The notes under the pieces are model-generated. The model was not told where the DNA came from, searched no databases, and saw only the letters and a program-made list of their open reading frames with translations. 64,000 nucleotides of DNA, from contig NJBI01000007.1 in NCBI GenBank assembly GCA_005222975.1, forward strand, positions 23,752-87,751, in the 5' to 3' direction. This document shows positions 58,552 through 64,000 of this stretch, in pieces. Position 1 is the first letter of the stretch. Each line of letters opens with the position of its first letter. Origin of the DNA: Promethearchaeota archaeon Loki_b31. Lineage in GTDB: Archaea > Asgardarchaeota > Lokiarchaeia > Sigyniarchaeales > SOKP01. Both the position numbers and the translations under genes were made by a program.

Positions 58552-60084
58552 TTGATTATTATGAGCGAAAAAATGAACGTATTATTTATAATAACTGATG
58601 CCCAAAGAGCTGATCATTTAGGATGTGCTGGAAACCCTATTCTAAATACTCCGAACCTCGATAGGTTGGCAAGCGAAGGAGTGAGATTCACTAATTATTA
58701 TTGTACTAATCCAATTTGCATGCCTAATAGAGCAACTTTACTCACAGGACTATATCCAAATGTGCATGGCGTTAGAAGCAACGGAATTAATTTACCAGAA
58801 GATACCCCTACCATTACAAAAACGCTTCGAAAGAGAGGGTGGCATACTGCAGCTATTGGAAAAATACACCATCAATTTTGGCTAGGTCCATTTAAACAAA
58901 AAACTAAGTCTGCTGAAAGTTTGTTTAGTTGGGCGGTAGATAAAGGTAAAAAAGATCCTGTGGGAAAGAATTTCCCCCTCCCATATTATGGCTATAACGA
59001 AGTGGAAGTGATTTCAGGAAATGGTACTGTGTGCGCTGGCCATTATACAGAATGGTTGGAAGAAAGAGCTCCTAAAATTGCAGATGAAATGAAAAAAAGA
59101 GTTCAGAATTACGACAATCTTTTCAGTTTATATTGCGATGGAATACCAGAAGATTTATACAATACTACCTATGTTCAAGAACGAACAATTGCTTTCCTCG
59201 AAAGATATGCCAAGGGTGATTATGGAGATAAACCATTTTATTTACATTGTTCTTTTCCAGATCCACACTATCCTCTATATCCACCTAAGAGATTTCAAGA
59301 CTTGTATAAACCAGAAGATATAGAACTCCCCGCAAGTTTTCAAGATGCAAAGAATTTATATCGCCATAAATATTTAGGATACCATTTAAAAAATCCGCCG
59401 TTTAAAAAAGCGTTCTTAAGAGAATCAACAGAAGAAGAGGTTCGCAAGATTACTGCTTTAACTTACGCAGCTATTGCGTATGTAGATTATAGCGTAGGTA
59501 AAATACTAGCGTCTTTAGAAAAGTTGGGATATTCAGAAAATACAATGGTAATTTTTACCAGCGATCACGGCGATTTAATGGGTGATCATGGGCTACTATT
59601 CAAAGGACCATGTCCTTTCATAGGACCTTGTCACATCCCTTTAATTTGGAAAGTACCAGGATTAACAAAGCCAGGAGTGTCTCAATCTTTAATTAGTACT
59701 ATTGATCTTCCTAAAACGATTCTTAACCTTTTAAATGTAAAAGAGCGACACCACCCACCTTATATGCAAGGTCTTGATATGTCTCAAGTCTTAGAAAATT
59801 CAGCCAAGAAAATAAGAGATTGCGTTTTAATAGAGAACGACGAAGAGGTCGGTCCTCTGGAAGCCCGGATAAGGCATTTAATTACTGAAGATTATAAGTT
59901 AACTGTTTACGAAGGGTTAGACAATTTTGGCGATATTTACGATTGTAAAAACGACCCTCATGAATTGAATAATTTATGGGATAAAAAAGACTTCCGAGAC
60001 AAAAGATTCAAGTTGGTAAATAAATTATTGCAGGAAAATCTTAAGGCACAATCCAAATTTCCTAAGAGAGTTGCTGCTACGTAA
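58552..60084 (+). CDS. sulfatase (Cys-type, formylglycine-dependent)
   Basis: NVLFIITD, CMPNRATLLTG (CxPxR), GKIH, DPH, SDHG. Confidence 0.95.
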   Translation: MIIMSEKMNVLFIITDAQRADHLGCAGNPILNTPNLDRLASEGVRFTNYYCTNPICMPNRATLLTGLYPNVHGVRSNGINLPEDTPTITKTLRKRGWHTAAIGKIHHQFWLGPFKQKTKSAESLFSWAVDKGKKDPVGKNFPLPYYGYNEVEVISGNGTVCAGHYTEWLEERAPKIADEMKKRVQNYDNLFSLYCDGIPEDLYNTTYVQERTIAFLERYAKGDYGDKPFYLHCSFPDPHYPLYPPKRFQDLYKPEDIELPASFQDAKNLYRHKYLGYHLKNPPFKKAFLRESTEEEVRKITALTYAAIAYVDYSVGKILASLEKLGYSENTMVIFTSDHGDLMGDHGLLFKGPCPFIGPCHIPLIWKVPGLTKPGVSQSLISTIDLPKTILNLLNVKERHHPPYMQGLDMSQVLENSAKKIRDCVLIENDEEVGPLEARIRHLITEDYKLTVYEGLDNFGDIYDCKNDPHELNNLWDKKDFRDKRFKLVNKLLQENLKAQSKFPKRVAAT

Positions 60085-60096
60085 ATAGAATAAAAA

Positions 60097-60999
60097 TTAT
60101 TCATTGGATGTTGGGTTTTTATCCATACAAGGAACCCCAAATTGACAAAACGCGCAACCAACGGGGTAAACTGGAGGTCTTAACTTTCCATTAACTCGAC
60201 GGATGGTAGGTTTAAGGAGCGATTCATGGCGAATTTTCATTTTTCTTGCTATTTTTTGACCATAATTGTAGCATTTTGCTTTATCGTGCCCATTTTCGGT
60301 TATTGCATTAGCAGGACATTTTTCTATGCATTCCTTGCAAGTACCTTTTGTAAAGTATAGACAATTGGAATACGGTTCTTTATATTTTCGCGGTGTTATT
60401 TCAAGTGGCGCGCTAGTGATCACTGAAGCTAACCGTATATTACACCCGACCTCAGTTATAAGACCTTCGTGCAAACTGAAAGTTCCTAATCCAGTTGCGA
60501 ATGCAACATGCCGTTCAGACCAAGTTGAATAAAAATCTCCTTTTGTAACAATAGTATAGACTTCATTAAGCACTCCAGCTGCAGCCATAAATCCTTTTTC
60601 TTGAAAATATGAAATACATTGTTTTAAAATATAAACTATAAATTCGTTAGCATAGTTCCGCCCTACAGAATAGATATCAGCTGGTAAAGTTACACGAGGT
60701 AATTGGATAATATTCTTGCTCTCGTCACGAATCTTCTTAACATATGGGAAAACTATAGATACTATGCGAAGTTGGTTAGCGGGTAATTCTTCCTGACCAC
60801 ATTCTTTCCACATCTCAAGAGGTGTAAAATGCTCTGCCCCTACTACTTCCTTGAATTTTAAAAATATTGGGTCGTTTCCAGCAGCAACACCAATTAAAGG
60901 AGACGAAAAAATTCTTCCTCCCCCAAATTTCTCGGGAAGGCGGTTGAGTTCACTGTCACCAAAAATATTTTCTAAAAAGTGTAGCAATTGTTTATTCAT
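60097..60999 (-). CDS. QueG/reductive-dehalogenase-superfamily Fe-S (probably cobalamin) protein
   Basis: SERHVAFATGLG, G.NIRLASVIT, CKECIEKCP, CAFCQFGVPC. Confidence 0.85.
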   Translation of the reverse strand: MNKQLLHFLENIFGDSELNRLPEKFGGGRIFSSPLIGVAAGNDPIFLKFKEVVGAEHFTPLEMWKECGQEELPANQLRIVSIVFPYVKKIRDESKNIIQLPRVTLPADIYSVGRNYANEFIVYILKQCISYFQEKGFMAAAGVLNEVYTIVTKGDFYSTWSERHVAFATGLGTFSLHEGLITEVGCNIRLASVITSAPLEITPRKYKEPYSNCLYFTKGTCKECIEKCPANAITENGHDKAKCYNYGQKIARKMKIRHESLLKPTIRRVNGKLRPPVYPVGCAFCQFGVPCMDKNPTSNE

Positions 61000-61010
61000 A
61001 TTTCGATCAA

Positions 61011-62291
61011 CTATTTATTTTTTTCATTTAAAATAAAGGTTATACAGATACGCAACGCGTTCTCCAAAGTCCCCTTCCTAATTTTATCAGGAGTATCTGT
61101 AGATTGGTGATAATAGCTAGACCTTGTTTTCCAATCCGCCGAATTTAAAAATGCAGCTTTAACGTTAGATTTTGAAAAAGCAGCAGCGTCAGATCCTCCG
61201 CTTAATTTACCAACCGTCTTTTCTAATTTACCTGCGCCAAATTTTTTCGCTTTAATGTCGTTCATTTCCGCAGCCTTTAATATCTTTTGAACGACTTCTT
61301 CTGAATGCTTAGTTCGAGTTGTAGGTTCGTACTCAATAACTAAAAATTTATCTGGCGTTTCCAATCCGTCCATGTTAAAAACCGTAGCATCGAATTTTTT
61401 CAGTTCTTCTAAGTGAGCAGCAACGTAACGGTAAGACCCTCGTAATCCGCTCTCTTCACTACCAAAACTAATCAACCTAATTTCAGTGTTTTCCGGGATT
61501 ATATTTCGATGGGTTTTGAGATATCTTCCAAGCCCCACTATAACTGAGCAACTACTAAGGTTATCCACTGAGCCTGGAACAACGTTTCCTTTTTCTCCCA
61601 ATGGAACGAAAAAAAACAAGCCTATAAAACAAGGATTACCAACGATTAGTAACCAAATCACTGTTGAAAAAAATATAGCCTTAAGTCCAATGAACCCAAT
61701 AACCATAAATGTTAAAGAAATAGCCGAAAGAACTAACCATATCAATATTATAATTATAGCAACAAAAGCAAGTGGAATAAAACCCCATTTTAAAACCTTA
61801 AGCAAATTAAACTGTAAAGCAGAATCAATATGGCTCGAGAATATAATAATTTTTTTTACGTCCCCTTTAGATTTAAATTTACCAACAACATTTTGAGACG
61901 ATTTTTTACGGAATATTACATCGATAAACTCTTTGTAGTTGAAAAACTCTTCCCACATGATCACTAAAGATAATAGTACCAAAACAAAAGAGATCGCAGT
62001 AAAAATAATTAACCATATCATTTCTGAAGCGAATTGCATAAGCAAATGAAGTATCATAGAAATAGGGGTCATAATTACAACCATTTTAATCCACCCAAGA
62101 AAAGCTTTTGGATGGCATTCAAAGGGTTCTAAAACGACTTCGTCGCAACTTTTTTCCAGTTCGGCCTTAATTATATTTGCTCCTTCAGCTTCTTGCGGGC
62201 TACAGGGCATTCTAGGACCAACCTCGTCAACTATTCTTTGAACGAGATTATACATATAGTCAGAGTCTTCTTTTGAGATTTCTGTATTCAT
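61011..62291 (-). CDS. M28-family metallopeptidase with inserted TM helices
   Basis: GPR, SHIDS, GSVDNLSS, SEESGLRGS, SDA, YHQSTDT. Confidence 0.9.
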   Translation of the reverse strand: MNTEISKEDSDYMYNLVQRIVDEVGPRMPCSPQEAEGANIIKAELEKSCDEVVLEPFECHPKAFLGWIKMVVIMTPISMILHLLMQFASEMIWLIIFTAISFVLVLLSLVIMWEEFFNYKEFIDVIFRKKSSQNVVGKFKSKGDVKKIIIFSSHIDSALQFNLLKVLKWGFIPLAFVAIIIILIWLVLSAISLTFMVIGFIGLKAIFFSTVIWLLIVGNPCFIGLFFFVPLGEKGNVVPGSVDNLSSCSVIVGLGRYLKTHRNIIPENTEIRLISFGSEESGLRGSYRYVAAHLEELKKFDATVFNMDGLETPDKFLVIEYEPTTRTKHSEEVVQKILKAAEMNDIKAKKFGAGKLEKTVGKLSGGSDAAAFSKSNVKAAFLNSADWKTRSSYYHQSTDTPDKIRKGTLENALRICITFILNEKNK

Positions 62292-62432
62292 ATTTATTAC
62301 TTCTTCAATAAATATTAATTATAAAAAAATTAACCTTAAACGATTTAAAGGTATGCTTTTAGCTATTAATGATAGTTATAAATATATCATAATTCAACAA
62401 TAATTATTATTTAATTTTGAAGAATAAAAGGT

Positions 62433-63365
62433 GTGAATATAATAGCTTTGGAAATATATCAAATCGTAATATTAATCTCTATAGGTGCGCTTGTAGGAAT
62501 CAGTATAAGCTTTATTGGTCAAACTGGTCAAGGAATTGTACTTCCATTTATATTATTATTAACTGGGGATGTGTTTTTAGCTATTGCAATAAATCTGTTA
62601 AATGATTTGATTACAACCGCTGCCGTGGCAATAGGATATCTCAGGAAAAAACAATTCAAAATTAGAGTAGATATTTTCATAATAATGATTATAGCCGTAT
62701 TTATATCCTTTTTTGGCGTTTCTACATTGATGACAACTCCTTTAGGTAGTATTTTTGGATGGTTTGTTCCACTATTTGTGATGATTCTAGGGCTTACTTT
62801 CCTTAAGCGAGGTTTTCCCACTTATGAATCCGTAAAAAAAATGGCTCAGAACATGGCACGCAAAACCGTAAAAAAAGCAAAAAGAGAAGAAGAACTCGCC
62901 GAATTAAATAAAAAGATCGACGAACAGTTAGTTTCTGAAACAGATACTATTCAAGGATTTATATCGCGCGGTTCGAGATTGTTTTATCTATTAGCAATAT
63001 TTTTTGGAATATTTGTTGGTGTAAATTCGGGATTATTTGGAGCAAGTTCTGGTCTAATTTTTGTGTTAGCGTTAGTTATACTTTACGGATACCCACTTAA
63101 AAAAGGGGTTGGTACAGCTCTAATTCTGAGCATAATAATTGGCTTATGCACTTTCTCATTTTACCAAATTTTTGGCATTACAATTAAAGGACAGTTCTTT
63201 TTTAATTTCGAACTTTCGTTTTATCTAGCAATCGGTTCGATTATATCCGGCATAATTGCCTCTACATATATTCAAAAATTATCTGCTAAAACAATGGGAC
63301 GGGCTGTTGGACTTATAATATTCGTATTAGGAGCCTTGTCGCTGGCTTTTTACTTTATACCTTAA
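62433..63365 (+). CDS. TauE/SafE (TSUP) family anion exporter
   Basis: Two repeats: GISISFIGQTGQGIVLP and GVNSGLFGASSG; KKGVGT; about eight TM helices. Confidence 0.85.
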   Translation: MNIIALEIYQIVILISIGALVGISISFIGQTGQGIVLPFILLLTGDVFLAIAINLLNDLITTAAVAIGYLRKKQFKIRVDIFIIMIIAVFISFFGVSTLMTTPLGSIFGWFVPLFVMILGLTFLKRGFPTYESVKKMAQNMARKTVKKAKREEELAELNKKIDEQLVSETDTIQGFISRGSRLFYLLAIFFGIFVGVNSGLFGASSGLIFVLALVILYGYPLKKGVGTALILSIIIGLCTFSFYQIFGITIKGQFFFNFELSFYLAIGSIISGIIASTYIQKLSAKTMGRAVGLIIFVLGALSLAFYFIP

Positions 63366-63438
63366 ATTAGTCAAACCACAATCAAATGCAATAGTTTTAT
63401 ATTCAAAAATGTTCAAATAAGTATTATTAATTTATTAG

Positions 63439-63476
63439 AATCAATTAAATAAAACTAAATCAATCAAATAAAACTA
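63439..63476. repeat. 19-bp tandem duplication upstream of last ORF
   Basis: AATCAATTAAATAAAACTA followed by AATCAATCAAATAAAACTA (1 mismatch). Confidence 0.8.
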
Positions 63477-63491
63477 ATATAGGTAAATAAG

Positions 63492-63899
63492 TTGCCAGAA
63501 ATCGGACATTTTATAATTGCCTTCGGCATAATGGTACCAATTCTATACTTTTGCAAAGATAAATTTAATTACAAAGTAGCAGCGATATTTATACTAGCCA
63601 ATTGGATCGGTCCCGACTCTGCCCAGCCGTTTGGTTTTTTACCTGTTGATTTTCATTATATGATTCCATATCTTATATGGGCGTTACCACTAGCACTATT
63701 CTATTCTTATTTCTCCCGATTTTCAGTTAAACGAAGCGAGCGTTTTGTCAAATTTGTGGATGACGGTAAGAGAGATGTAACTTGGAGGAATACTTATCTG
63801 CTTTTAGTCTCTGGCGGATTGATCCATACTGCGTCTGACGCTATCTTTAGAAATAACCTAAAAATGAAATTTCTGGGTATAATGCTTTTTAGGTCATAA
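63492..63899 (+). CDS. membrane metal-dependent hydrolase-like protein, possibly C-terminally truncated
   Basis: GH, GPD, H and HTASD motifs with TM helices; SD AGGT upstream of TTG; ends shortly after the HxxxD motif. Confidence 0.65.
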   Translation: MPEIGHFIIAFGIMVPILYFCKDKFNYKVAAIFILANWIGPDSAQPFGFLPVDFHYMIPYLIWALPLALFYSYFSRFSVKRSERFVKFVDDGKRDVTWRNTYLLLVSGGLIHTASDAIFRNNLKMKFLGIMLFRS

Positions 63900-64000
63900 A
63901 GAAATTTAAAGTTTTAGTCGAATGCGCTTAAAACAGTTTGAATGGATTTTCGCTTGCCCTCAAGGGTTCTATACCCTATCTCTTTTTTTTTATTTTCTAT

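Noticed and set aside
5646-62821. Numerous short ORFs overlapping long genes (e.g. 5646, 6036, 8766, 11086, 14992, 16704, 21291, 23643, 36968-38585, 39365, 43743, 61486, 62528)
   Set aside because: Shadow frames of well-supported genes with no independent motifs.
1-64000. Selenocysteine or pyrrolysine recoding
   Set aside because: TGA/TAG stops inspected fall at expected protein ends, and no interrupted selenoprotein or methylamine methyltransferase family was recognised.

Overview
AT-rich archaeal chromosomal segment, very probably from an Asgard archaeon (Lokiarchaeia-like). Archaeal markers are RadA, tRNA-splicing endonuclease EndA, CdhA, an MtrH-like protein and an A/V-type ATPase. Candidate eukaryotic-signature proteins are three small GTPases (one fused to a probable longin/uDENN domain, one to HhH plus roadblock, one Rab-like), a V4R protein, an alpha-SNAP-like protein, a vWA-RING-RING protein resembling TFIIH p44/Ssl1, and a glycosylated single-pass protein with a cytoplasmic longin-like domain. 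The window also holds a complete A/V-ATPase operon (K-C-H-F-E-A-B-D-I) followed by a Zn-ribbon membrane protein and a second A subunit with a catalytic-site R->P change. A dispersed alpha-glucan gene set is present (degenerate PMM-like protein, GH13, two GH57, NDP-sugar synthase, GalT-like enzyme, maltokinase-like kinase), as is a solo TnpB-like RuvC gene. The most notable observations are: (1) several genes appear to start at near-cognate ATT/ACG codons behind clear Shine-Dalgarno motifs, including the single-copy ATPase subunits C and D; (2) several active-site-degenerate paralogs; (3) a GH57 gene bracketed by a 71-bp duplication of its neighbour's 3' end; (4) candidate GTPase/GEF and GTPase/E3-ligase gene pairs. 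No rRNA, tRNA or CRISPR array was seen. All family calls come from motif recognition by eye, with no database searches.
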